A stretch of DNA of 64,000 nucleotides from Elsinoe ampelina (Eukaryota), in assembly GCA_010093995.1 (NCBI GenBank), contig ML992511.1, positions 1,144,172 to 1,208,171 of the forward strand, written 5' to 3'. The position numbers were made by a program, and so were the translations under genes. Below the pieces are notes generated by a model that was not told where the DNA came from, ran no database searches, and worked only from the letters and a program-made list of their open reading frames with translations. Positions 13,417 through 23,521 of the stretch are shown here, in pieces; position 1 is the first letter of the stretch, and the number at the start of each line of letters is the position of its first letter.

Positions 13417-14156
13417 TGAGAAACGAAAATGAACATATTTGGTTGTGCAGGCAGCAGTATTCCAAACTGTTGCAGATCTCCAGTAGTGCTAAAGCATGGT
13501 TGCTCGTTGCCAGGTCAAGACCGGGATCTGTACGAGGTCAAGCCACTCTTCCGGCAGATCATGATTTACTGATGGAGCTTCGGTGTTTGGCAATAATAAT
13601 GCGCGCGGCTAGTGGCTGGTGGCAAGACCTATTCTTGTCAAAGTACAGATCAACTTGGCAAATCATAATGCATGTCGTTCGAACGTGTGGTCCAAGGTAC
13701 TTTCGTAGTCTGATCTTGACTTCAGATCTGCCGTCCACTTACGCTATTGCAATATTTTGTAGATCTGTGACGACCCGATCCGAGTATTCGCAGCGTTGAG
13801 AAAGAACAAAATGACACAGGAGGCGCAGTGACGAAAATGCCCAGTCGCCCAGCGAAAGCAACCTTGAAAAACACCCCAAAATGCCAGGAGCGACACTTGG
13901 CTGTCTGTTTGCAGCAAAGTGTCGCGTGACGGCGCTTGCTTTCTGTAGCATTTGTTTTGCATCGCCCACCACTCTGGCACGCTGACGAAATGAGCAGTTA
14001 CGCTTTCTGACCCTGTCGTTCTCTAGGATTATTACCTACAGTGGGGCGATCTTCAGCGGCTAAGCTAAGTATACCTTCTCCTCTTTCAGTCCTCTACTTT
14101 ATTCCTTACATCACCTCAACCGCTCCTCACGCTACTGACCTCTCATACCGCTCGTT

Positions 14157-15439
14157 ATGGCTCTCCAAAAGGGCTTTCCGTGGAAGCTCGTCTTTGCCTA
14201 TATCCTGGACTGGATCTATGTCATGTAAGCAGAATTGGCCCATTGCCCGACCACACAAGCTGACCTTCAACCAGCGCCATCGCCGCCGTCGGTGGAGGAC
14301 TCTCATTCGTGACTCCCTCCAAGCGCAACTTCAGTCTGGTCGACCTCAGAATATCGAACCCATACCGAGAGAATGAGATTGTCTCCACCGGTCTCCTCGT
14401 CGTCCTCTCCCTCATCATCCCCGGAATCATCATCGCTGCGGTCGTCACTCTCTTGTTCCCACCACCTTCGAGCTTCAAGGATCTCAAGACATGGAAGTTC
14501 TGGCAGCGCAAGATCTGGGAAGGGCACGTTGGCATCATAGGCCTGGCATTGTCTTATGCCATGGCTTTGACCATCACTCAGGTCTTCAAGCTCGGTGTCG
14601 GCAAGCCCAGACCAGACTTTCTCGCTCGATGCCAGCCGGACCTGTCTGACGTGCAGGACTATATCCGTGGTGGTTCCGCGACCGACATTTCGATCCGCTG
14701 GTCCATCGTAGACGTGGGTATCTGTAGGCAGTCGGACGCAAACGTACTCGAGGATGGCTTCAAGGCATATTTCTCTGGTCACTCTTCATCTGCCTTTGCG
14801 GGTCTCGTCTATCTCTCCCTCTGGCTTTGCGTCAAATTCAACGTTACCTTTCCCTACGTCCAACCATACACTGCCCATGAGCTGGCGACTGCTCCTGCTG
14901 AGGATCAAGCGACTCTGCCGACTTACAACAACCCGGCCAACATCGCCAGCCCAAGGAAATCTGTTCTTACCGACCGCCATCCTCTTCAGCTCTATCGCAA
15001 GGCAGGAGCCGCCCCTCCAGTATGGGGAATTGGCATTGCTCTCACTCCCATTCTCTTCGCTGTCTGGATTGCCTCCACCCGCTACCAGGAGTACAAGCAT
15101 GACGGATTCGATTGCATTTCCGGATCTCTCTGCGGTGTTCTTACTGCTTGGGTTTCGTTCCGTATGTACCACAACAGTATCACCCGTGGGCAAACGTGGA
15201 CTTGGGCACCAAGGAGTGGGGACAATGCGTTTGTGGCGACCAGTTCAGCCATACAGCGAATGACCCTCCATAAAAGGGGCGGTGACTCGATGGAGATGCA
15301 GCCAGGTGCAAAGGACCTCAGACATAGCGATGAAGAGAGACCTAGTGCGGACCTCGATCATCATGAGCAGTCAAGGTTGCAGCAGCCAGGGCCCAGTAGC
15401 CAGCCGAATTATTCTCAGTACTCTGGTAGAACCAGGTAA
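14157..15439 (+). CDS. PAP2-family lipid phosphate phosphatase (Dpp1/Lpp1-like)
   Basis: Exon 1 MALQKGFPWKLVFAYILDWIYV then a GTAAG intron. PAP2 motifs KxxxxxxRP (KLGVGKPRP), SGHSS and STRYQEYKHDGFD. Multiple hydrophobic segments. Confidence 0.9.
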
Positions 15440-15709
15440 AGTGGCAGCATGATTTCACGGCCGACTGTATTAGACTTCAGCATCGCATGGATGGAACTGG
15501 TCACACAAAGCTCGCACTATGCAAATAAAATAATATCTTCATCACCAAAGTTTCTTATCTCGCTTGAAATGCTATCATGAACTCCGCTGTCTTACCCCAC
15601 TAATACGGAGTTCACCTCCGATATCGATGATATATCTCCGCCCTCACCCCTCCATCGTCTGTCCATTCATCCACACCGTCGAACGTCTGACTCCCGAGGT
15701 CCAACAACC

Positions 15710-17647
15710 ATGTCGTTCCCCTCCCTCTCTCCTGGCGCCAAACCCACCATCTCCCCCACCGAACTCGAATCCTTCGCCTCCCACGCCGGCATCACCCTCA
15801 CCCACCTCTCTGGCAGTGACCAAACCACATACCAACACTTCGCCACCTCCTTCGACACATCCTGCACGACCCTCCTCTCCCTGGCCCCCTACTGCGACCC
15901 CCGCCTATCCCCCATCCCCACCACCTCCCCCCGAAAATTCCTCACCCCCTCCCCGTCCACCAACCCCCTAAACGCATGGTCCCAAACCTGCTCCCTCGCC
16001 GCATCGCACCCGACCTCGACCAAACTCGCCGGCAAAACAGTCGCGGTCAAAGCCAACGTGGCCATGGCGGGCGCGGACCTGAACCTGGGCACCCACCCGC
16101 GTTTCTTCCCGGGCGGACGGTTCCACGTGCCCACGACGTACGACGCGACGGTCGTGAGGCGGATCCTGCTCGCCGGGGCGGAGGTGAGGGGCGTCGGCAC
16201 GTGTGAGAATTTCAGTCTGTCAGGGGTGAGTGTGACGGCTGAGACGGGGCCGGTGGGGAATGCGTGGCAGGGGGCGAGGGCCACGGGGGGGAGTAGTAGT
16301 GGTTGTGGGACTTTGGTGTCATTAGGGGATGTGAGGGGGGTGGAGGGGAGGAGGGGGGAGGGGAAGGGGGATGCAGGGGGGGAAGGGAAGGAAGGGGAGG
16401 GGAGCGGGGTGGAGGGTGTGGATCTGGCGATTGGTGGGGACCAGGGGGGGTCGATTAGGTTGCCTGCGCATTTTGGGGGGATATATGGGTTGAAGCCGAC
16501 GTTTGGGTTGGTGCCGTATACGGGCATCGCGAGTTTGTTTAGTGCGATTGATCACACGGGGCCGATGGCGAGGAGTGTCGAGGATGTGGCGTTGCTGCTT
16601 GGGGTGATTGCCGGTGCGGATGGGGTGGATTTTAGACAGGGGCCCGGGGTGCCGCTTGAGGGACAGGGGGTGGATTATGCCGCTGAGGTGGAGAGGTGGG
16701 TGGAGGAGAAGAAGGGGAAGGGCGAGTGGGATGGGACTTCTGCTGCAAAGGGCTTCACTATCGGGGTGCTCAAGGAAGGCTATGAATCTGCTGGTCTGGA
16801 CGACGAAGTGGCAAAAGTCACGAAAGACGCCATTGCTCGCTTCAAAAGCATGGGCGCGACCATCAAAGAAGTCAGCGTCCCCATGCACACCCTCGCCCCC
16901 ATCCTTTGGTCCGTATGCTGCCGCCACGGCCTCTTCGACTGCGTCATGAACCGGCCCTCCTCCCTCCTAGGCTTTCCTATGCCCGGCTTTGAACCCATTG
17001 CCCGTGGCCCCTCCCAGCCCGGCACCGCCACCAACGCGACCGCCTCCGCCCCATCCCCTGCAGATCAAGGCAAATCCATCATGCAAGACCTCTTCGACTA
17101 CATCTCCCCCATCAACCCGGCCATCTCCAACGCTCTCCTCAACGCCCCTTTGCTCGCGGGCAAGTACGGCCCAGAAGTCTCCCGCAAAGCCCAGATGCAT
17201 ATCCACGAACTGACCGCTGCGTTCGACGACATGTTCGCCAACGAGGGAGTGGATCTTCTTGTCCTGCCTGTGTCTGGGAAGGTAGCGCCTGTCATTCCGG
17301 AGGGAGTGACGAAGGAGGTCCTCCATGATGGCACAGGGGAGGGGGTATTCGATAAGGAGGACCCGTATAAGTTGAGCACAAAGATCAAGACGACGCTGGC
17401 GCCGGGAGAGGCGGCGAAGAGTTTTGTCGGCGTGACGTTGAATACGGCGGGTTTCAATCTGACTGGGCATCCGGCTATGAGCTTTCCTTGTGGGTGGGCG
17501 ACGCCGAAAGATGGGGAGGGCCCAGAGTTGACCGGCGGGAAGATGCCGGTGGGATTGCAGGTTGTGGGAAGAAAGTTTAGAGAATTAGATATCCTGAGGG
17601 CAGTCAAGGCGTGGGAGGTAGGGGGGAGAGCAATTGATGAGGTCTGA
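15710..17647 (+). CDS. Amidase signature family protein
   Basis: Single 645-aa ORF with VAVKAN (catalytic Lys region), GGSSSG, GGDQGGSIRLPA, GLKPTFGLVPYTG, DHTGPMAR, FNLTGHPAMS, PVGLQVVG. Confidence 0.92.
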   Translation: MSFPSLSPGAKPTISPTELESFASHAGITLTHLSGSDQTTYQHFATSFDTSCTTLLSLAPYCDPRLSPIPTTSPRKFLTPSPSTNPLNAWSQTCSLAASHPTSTKLAGKTVAVKANVAMAGADLNLGTHPRFFPGGRFHVPTTYDATVVRRILLAGAEVRGVGTCENFSLSGVSVTAETGPVGNAWQGARATGGSSSGCGTLVSLGDVRGVEGRRGEGKGDAGGEGKEGEGSGVEGVDLAIGGDQGGSIRLPAHFGGIYGLKPTFGLVPYTGIASLFSAIDHTGPMARSVEDVALLLGVIAGADGVDFRQGPGVPLEGQGVDYAAEVERWVEEKKGKGEWDGTSAAKGFTIGVLKEGYESAGLDDEVAKVTKDAIARFKSMGATIKEVSVPMHTLAPILWSVCCRHGLFDCVMNRPSSLLGFPMPGFEPIARGPSQPGTATNATASAPSPADQGKSIMQDLFDYISPINPAISNALLNAPLLAGKYGPEVSRKAQMHIHELTAAFDDMFANEGVDLLVLPVSGKVAPVIPEGVTKEVLHDGTGEGVFDKEDPYKLSTKIKTTLAPGEAAKSFVGVTLNTAGFNLTGHPAMSFPCGWATPKDGEGPELTGGKMPVGLQVVGRKFRELDILRAVKAWEVGGRAIDEV

Positions 17648-18080
17648 CCGACGAAGGGATCATGTAGCTTGTAGATGTCCTGTCAGGATGTGGTTCGCTG
17701 AGTTTGTATATACAATTGTATATATATTCTGCTGCTGCATTGCCTCCTGCACCAGCAGACTAATTGATGTGTGAGTGTGGGCGGCTACGTTGTCAATTGT
17801 GTTGCTTCGAATGAGATGCGGGTCGCCCTGCGAAGCGAGGACCTCTAGCTACCCTTGCTTATACCTCGAGAGTCTGCAATTTCTCTGCTGGTGCCGACTT
17901 GTTGCCTTGCATGTCAGTATGAGCGACTGTCGAGCAAGTTCATCCGCATGAAGCAGCTCTTCCGTTGGCGTGGCCACCGATGCTCGGTGTGGCGACGATC
18001 TCGCCATCAGCATACAAGTCCTAACCACAACCTGGGCGACACGGCGAGGATGCCGTATGGTATATCCGCAACATCACCCC

Positions 18081-18767
18081 TCACTTGACCTCCACCCTCC
18101 CCAACCCCTCCACAATATCCTCCCCCTCATCCTCCTCTGCCGTGTTCCCAGCCAACCCCTTCAACCACAACTCCTTTCCCGTCATCTTCTTCTCCTCCTT
18201 GATCTTCTTCCGCTTTAACTCCTCTTCCCTCTCCCTCTCCAGCTTCTCCTTCTCCTCCTCCATCTCCCGCTTGAACTTCTCGCTCCATGCCAAAAACGTC
18301 TCCCGCGTCACCTTCGTACCTTCGAACTTCCGATTCTCTTCCGCTTCCGCTTCGGCTGCTTGCGCGTCGTGTTCAGCCTGTATCGATGCTCGGCGGTCGA
18401 GGACGAGTTGCTCGGCCGAGTCTTTGAGGGTTGTGACTAGGGTAAATACCATGGCCATGCCAAGGTTTTCTTGGATGGTGGTGTCGAGGCTGCTGAGAAG
18501 CTGGTCCTTATCCTCCTGCACATCGAGTTGAGGATGCTTGGCTGCATTGGGAGGTGCTTGGATGTCTAGCCGTGGTGCTTCGTCCGGATATGCTTCTGGG
18601 TATGATACGTGGAGGAGGAGAACCGGGGATGGAGGGTCTTCTTCTCCTTCCTCAGTGAGATCGAGGGCAATGGAGATGCGGTATTCCGTAGGAGATATAT
18701 CAGTGATTTCGTCGGGAAAGATCGAGTCAAGGACCTCGCGCTCTTCAACTTGGTCTTCACGCCCCAT
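18081..18767 (-). CDS. GIR2: RWD-domain protein Gir2/RWDD1 (DRG2/Rbg2 partner)
   Basis: MGREDQVEEREVLDSIFPDE, YPEAYPDEAP, ENLGMAMVF, GTKVTRETFLAW, KMTGKELW. Confidence 0.9.
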   Translation of the reverse strand: MGREDQVEEREVLDSIFPDEITDISPTEYRISIALDLTEEGEEDPPSPVLLLHVSYPEAYPDEAPRLDIQAPPNAAKHPQLDVQEDKDQLLSSLDTTIQENLGMAMVFTLVTTLKDSAEQLVLDRRASIQAEHDAQAAEAEAEENRKFEGTKVTRETFLAWSEKFKREMEEEKEKLEREREEELKRKKIKEEKKMTGKELWLKGLAGNTAEEDEGEDIVEGLGRVEVK

Positions 18768-19140
18768 GATGGTGAGAAGAGGCGGGGTCCGCGGAGAGCA
18801 GTGTGCTGAGTGTCGCCTCAATTCAGGTGGGCGTCTCGCTCAAGGGCCTGCATGTGTTTCCAGGGACCGATCGGTACTGATATGAGCCAGGAAAATGTCT
18901 GCCACCAATGCAATGTGGTAGAGTCCCAGTTCTCGAATACTCAAGAAGGTTGTCTCGCTCGGTTGAAGCTGGAATCCACGCTATCCCCAAAAAGGGAACT
19001 TTTCGACGGGCATCTTCCAGTATTCAAAAAAATCTCAGATCACTGTTCCCTATACTCAAGACAAAAAGGCTGCTTAATTTCGTCCAAGAAATCTGAGAGC
19101 CTCATAACAAGATCGCACATACATACAGATCTGTAACACC

Positions 19141-20340
19141 ATGGCCAAAACCAAGACAAAGACCAGGAATTCCCCGAGTCACACCCGCAAGCCCTCCAAA
19201 TCAGCAGAAGAGCTCTACGCCCTAGCCATAGAGTCATTCGAGCAATCAAATCTCGAAGCCGCCCTCAAAAATGCCCAGGATCTCCTCCGGACAGTCGACC
19301 CGTCCTTTGCGTCACAAAAGTCCAGCTCGCCACTACCTATTGCTCTCCCGGCTCTGAACCTCCTTGGTGAGATCAACATTGAAGCTGGAGACGAGGATGC
19401 TGCGAGGGAGTACTTTCTTCTTGCTGCTGGATTAGATGGCGATGGAGCCCTGCCCGAGGAAGCAGGTGGAGGGGCGGAGAAGTTCATGTGGCTTGCTCAA
19501 CTGAGCGAGGAAGGCGGATTCGACTCGGTAAAGTGGTTCGAGAAGGGCGTGGTATGTCTGAAGGGCCAGATCGAGTCGTTGAGTAAAGTAGTACCGCCAG
19601 GGTTGTCCAAGGACCAAGCTGAATTGATGCTGGAGGAGAAGAGGGAGCAGGTGGCGGATGCGCTCTGCAGTGTTGTCGAGATCTATATGACTGATCTGAG
19701 CTGGGAAGAGGACGCGGAGCAAAAGTGCGAGACCCTGATCACAGAGGCGATGATGTACGCGCCGGAGAGTCCTGGCGTGTTGCAGTGCCTGGCCAGCGTG
19801 AGGCTGAGCCAGGTTCGGGTCGACGAGGCGAAGAGCGCACTGAAGCGGAGTATGGCAGTCTGGAAAGACTTGGACCCAGATGATGAAAGCGTGCCCGATT
19901 ACGCGGCGAGGATCAGTCTGGCAAGGCTGCTGATGGAGGCAGAGATGGAGGAGGATGCGATGATTGTTCTGGAAAGACTTGCACTGGAAGACGACACGAG
20001 TGTGGAAAGCTGCTATTTGGGCGGGTGGTGCTTACATCTCATGGCAGAGAAGCGCCAGGGTACATTGCCTGACGGTGGCGAGACCGGCGCAAACGGATCG
20101 AATCTGGACGACGAGGCAGTGTCTTTACTGCAGGCAAGTCGGAAATGGCTCACGAACACGATCAATTTGTACAACCTCCAGCAATACGAGGACGAGAAGC
20201 TCCGTCAGCACACAGAGGAGCTACTACAGAAGCTCACGGACGTTTTGGGACCGGCGGATCAAAGCACCATGCCGGACGAGATTGAAGAATGGGTCGATGA
20301 GGAGGACAGTGGCGACGAAGAGATGGAGGGAGCAGATTGA
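19141..20340 (+). CDS. ACL4: TPR protein, assembly chaperone of Rpl4 (Acl4-like)
   Basis: 399-aa ORF with GAEKFMWLAQL, EIYMTDL, LQCLASVRLSQ, RISLARLLME, YLGGWC and an acidic tail. Confidence 0.82.
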   Translation: MAKTKTKTRNSPSHTRKPSKSAEELYALAIESFEQSNLEAALKNAQDLLRTVDPSFASQKSSSPLPIALPALNLLGEINIEAGDEDAAREYFLLAAGLDGDGALPEEAGGGAEKFMWLAQLSEEGGFDSVKWFEKGVVCLKGQIESLSKVVPPGLSKDQAELMLEEKREQVADALCSVVEIYMTDLSWEEDAEQKCETLITEAMMYAPESPGVLQCLASVRLSQVRVDEAKSALKRSMAVWKDLDPDDESVPDYAARISLARLLMEAEMEEDAMIVLERLALEDDTSVESCYLGGWCLHLMAEKRQGTLPDGGETGANGSNLDDEAVSLLQASRKWLTNTINLYNLQQYEDEKLRQHTEELLQKLTDVLGPADQSTMPDEIEEWVDEEDSGDEEMEGAD

Positions 20341-20741
20341 GGGTGATTTGCGGCCATATGAGCGGCACTTTTAGAGCTGGCATTCCAGACAAGACATGAT
20401 ACCCAGAATGAACGTTTTTTATGGACACGCCGCCGTCTCATATCGTGGCGTCTCCGTGTAGATCACCTTGGACGAGTAGAGTGAACTGCACATCTGGCAT
20501 AAAGCAGAGCGCACGGTCGTATCAATTCCGTGGTGTGACAGGGGAAGATCATTGAAGCCGTTTGATGCATTTGTGGTATCCGAAGTACTCTGTACTCTTA
20601 TCTCGGAGGAAAAAAAGAGTCGATGACCATTAGCCATGAAAATGTGCCATTCGACTCTGATGCTGCTTCTGAAACGCCGGAGGCCCTTTTGAACTTAACG
20701 CTCCTTTTTGCAACCTTTGAAATCACCAGAGATCCACACAT

Positions 20742-21270
20742 TCATGCCTGCAGTCCGTCAGAAATTGTACAAACCTTCCAGGGTATCCCTCATACCTTCA
20801 CAGCATAGTTCCTCTGAGGAAAGTGTGTCTGCTTCTTCTTTTGCTTCTCTGTGATAAGGTTCGCCTCGTGCTTTGTGAGCCGCCTGCGGATGGCGCGAGT
20901 CTGCTTGGCCCGGAGGTCGAGTGGCAGGTACTTCTTGTTCTTGTAGAATATCCTCAGTTGCGAGCGTTGGTTGATGTTGATGATGGTGAGCACGCGAGCG
21001 ATCGACTTGCGGACATCGTGGCTGGTCCAATGTTAGTCCCCCATACATGACCATGTTCGTCGCATGTCGTACATCTTGTTGAGCTTCGACGAGGCACCAC
21101 CGGCAATCTTCTGAGTCCTCAACTGAACCAATTCCGCCTTGAGCTCCTCCAACTGCTTTGACAGATCCTCCTTGTTCTTTCCCCAAAGCTGCTGCGCCTT
21201 GACCTTTCCGGTAGAAGCCTGTCAATTGTCAGACTGCGATCATTCGAGTGACGTACAAGTCTCGTACCAT
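20742..21270 (-). CDS. RPL35: 60S ribosomal protein L35 (uL29)
   Basis: ATG-only exon 1 (21270..21268), then [26 protein letters not shown] and [12 protein letters not shown]...[23 protein letters not shown]...[10 protein letters not shown]. Final micro-exon GCA TGA at 20747..20742. Confidence 0.96.
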
Positions 21271-21591
21271 CTTGTCGAAGTGTTGCGCAAGATTGTGAGT
21301 GGCTAGTCGGGATTTTGAGGCGAGGTGATGTTCAAAGATTTCGGCGATAGCATTTTCAAAAGTGCGCTGTGGGTGCAGCTCACACTAGACTCTTGGCATC
21401 GCGTCGGCCCGTCTTCGGTCATCCGACCATTGAACGTCAAGCCGTTCCTTGCTCCTTTGAAGGCAACCAAAAGGAAATGGTACTCTGAACAACTATAATT
21501 CTCCTCATCCCATCGGCTTTCTCCTACCTGCTTGATCTGGTCACCAACATCATTGCAGCCCAAGATCGAAGGGCCGCGACTACTCAGCACA

Positions 21592-22317
21592 ATGTCTTTG
21601 CAGACCGGCAGCTGGGCGCAACTACGGCAGCAGCTTCGCGCCCTCGAGACACAGGTTCGACATGATTCTTCTGATCTATGACCATCGCTGACCGTGATCC
21701 TACAGACCGAGAATCTCTTTCACACGTATTCACAATTCTCATCAAGCACCACCATATCCCCGAAGCCAAGCGATGAGGAAACGAGAACAGAATCGCAAAT
21801 CGAGGAGCTACTTGAGAAGCGATCGAGTCTCATTGGACAACTCGCAAGACTATTGGACTCGGAAGCATCGCAATCAGCGGTCAAGTCCTCGAATCTGGTG
21901 CGACATAGAGAGATTCTCTCGCAACATCGAACAGAGCTCTCGCGGATAAAGTCGCAAATATCCAGCACCAGAGACCGAACGAACCTGCTCTCGAATGTAC
22001 GCAGTGACATTGATAACTATCGTTCCTCGAATCCAGAGGCTGCGGAGGCAGAATACATGCTCGACGAGCGACGGCGGATAGATAACAGTCACAACGTGGC
22101 CGATGGAGTGCTGAGTCAAGCCTACGCTGTCAATGAGAGCTTCGGCTTGCAGCGAGAGACCTTGACGAGCATCAACCGACGAATAGTCGGAGCTGCGAGC
22201 CAAGTTCCTGGCATTAATAGCTTGATGAGCCGGATAGGGAGCAAGAAGAGAAGGGATGGCATCATACTGGGGAGTTTTATCGCATTCTGCTTCCTGGTAA
22301 TGCTCTATTTTACATGA
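21592..22317 (+). CDS. GOS1: Golgi SNARE Gos1
   Basis: Exon 1 MSLQTGSWAQLRQQLRALETQ, then TENLFHTYSQF, RHREIL, KKRRDGIILG and a C-terminal TM anchor. Confidence 0.93.
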
Positions 22318-22376
22318 AGCGGGATTGGGTATCTTGGGTTTTAGCGTAGGCGTTGGAGCATCGAGTAGCGCAACGG

Positions 22377-23351
22377 TTATGCTGGCGTTTTCATAGCTTC
22401 GTCCAGCATCGAGCTCTCTTGGGTAGCTGCAATGACATCTGGCACTGGCTTGTCCTCGGGCTCAACTCGTGGCTCCGATAGTAGCCTTTTGAGGTTCCTG
22501 ATCATGCTCGCCTTTTCCCACTCCTCCGGTAGCGCATGTCCAGCCCATCTGATCTTACACCTCTCATCAACCAGGTACACTTGTCCCACTTTCTCGTTCG
22601 GCATACCAATGGCCAGCCTCAGCTCTTGCGCAAAGCCTTTGTGTACAGTGAAATATCTCCCCCATCTGAACTGAGTCCTAATCTTCCTCTGTTGATTTGC
22701 AAACAATTTTACCAACCAGTACTTCCACGCATTCGGTTCATAGTTGATCTCGACCAACTGTGCCCTCCTCCCTTCCTTCCTCCCAGACCAATGATCCAGT
22801 AGACCTTCAAGAGCTGGGTTCTGCCGCTCTTGACACCACGCATCTGCCTGTTTCTGCGCCCAGCTCGAGCTCGCCACGCTCACGACACTGATCTGCCCCT
22901 GCAACACACTCGTCGTGTCCGCGTACTGGTCCTCCAGCGTCCGTCCTCTCAGGTTCGGAAAATACCGGGCAAACTGTGACTTGAACACTCGATCCGGCGC
23001 ATAGAAAACCTTGCCCTTGAAGTATTTCATGTCCGTAAAGTCCTTGAAGTAGGGACGGAAGAGGTCCTTGGCCAGCTTTTGTCGTTTCTCGAGGTGCTTT
23101 TCATGATTGACAAAGTCGTCGCGGCGCTGCTTAATGGTGCGATTATCATAGCCTGAGTTATCGCCTGGTCGAGGAGGAGTTGGAACCCCTAAAGGTCGAT
23201 TGAGAGGTTGTGGTCCTTGAGCTCGGTCTTCTTTGGAGGGATCGAGTGCCTCTTCAGAAGAGCTGGAGTAGCTTCTATGGGCCAATGGCGTTCGCTCGAT
23301 GTTGTTGATGCATCTCAAGACCCTTAGACACCTCATAGATGGGGCGAGCAT
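22377..23351 (-). CDS. ATP10: Mitochondrial ATP synthase assembly factor Atp10
   Basis: N-terminal targeting-like peptide, then PLNRPLGVPTPPRPGDNSG, RPYFKDF, YFPNLRGRTL, YLVDERCKIRWAG. Confidence 0.9.
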   Translation of the reverse strand: MLAPSMRCLRVLRCINNIERTPLAHRSYSSSSEEALDPSKEDRAQGPQPLNRPLGVPTPPRPGDNSGYDNRTIKQRRDDFVNHEKHLEKRQKLAKDLFRPYFKDFTDMKYFKGKVFYAPDRVFKSQFARYFPNLRGRTLEDQYADTTSVLQGQISVVSVASSSWAQKQADAWCQERQNPALEGLLDHWSGRKEGRRAQLVEINYEPNAWKYWLVKLFANQQRKIRTQFRWGRYFTVHKGFAQELRLAIGMPNEKVGQVYLVDERCKIRWAGHALPEEWEKASMIRNLKRLLSEPRVEPEDKPVPDVIAATQESSMLDEAMKTPA

Positions 23352-23521
23352 GCTGTCAGCCAATTGTTGTCGATGTTCTTGCAGAGCAAAGACGAAGAGC
23401 AGTTCAAATCACCAAATCTTCGAGCCAGCTTTTGCCAAGATCCGAGAATCATTGCTCTTTCCTCAACTCACCATCGACCTTGTCTCTTAACTTCTTTACA
23501 CAATCACCACTTTTCGTGGAC

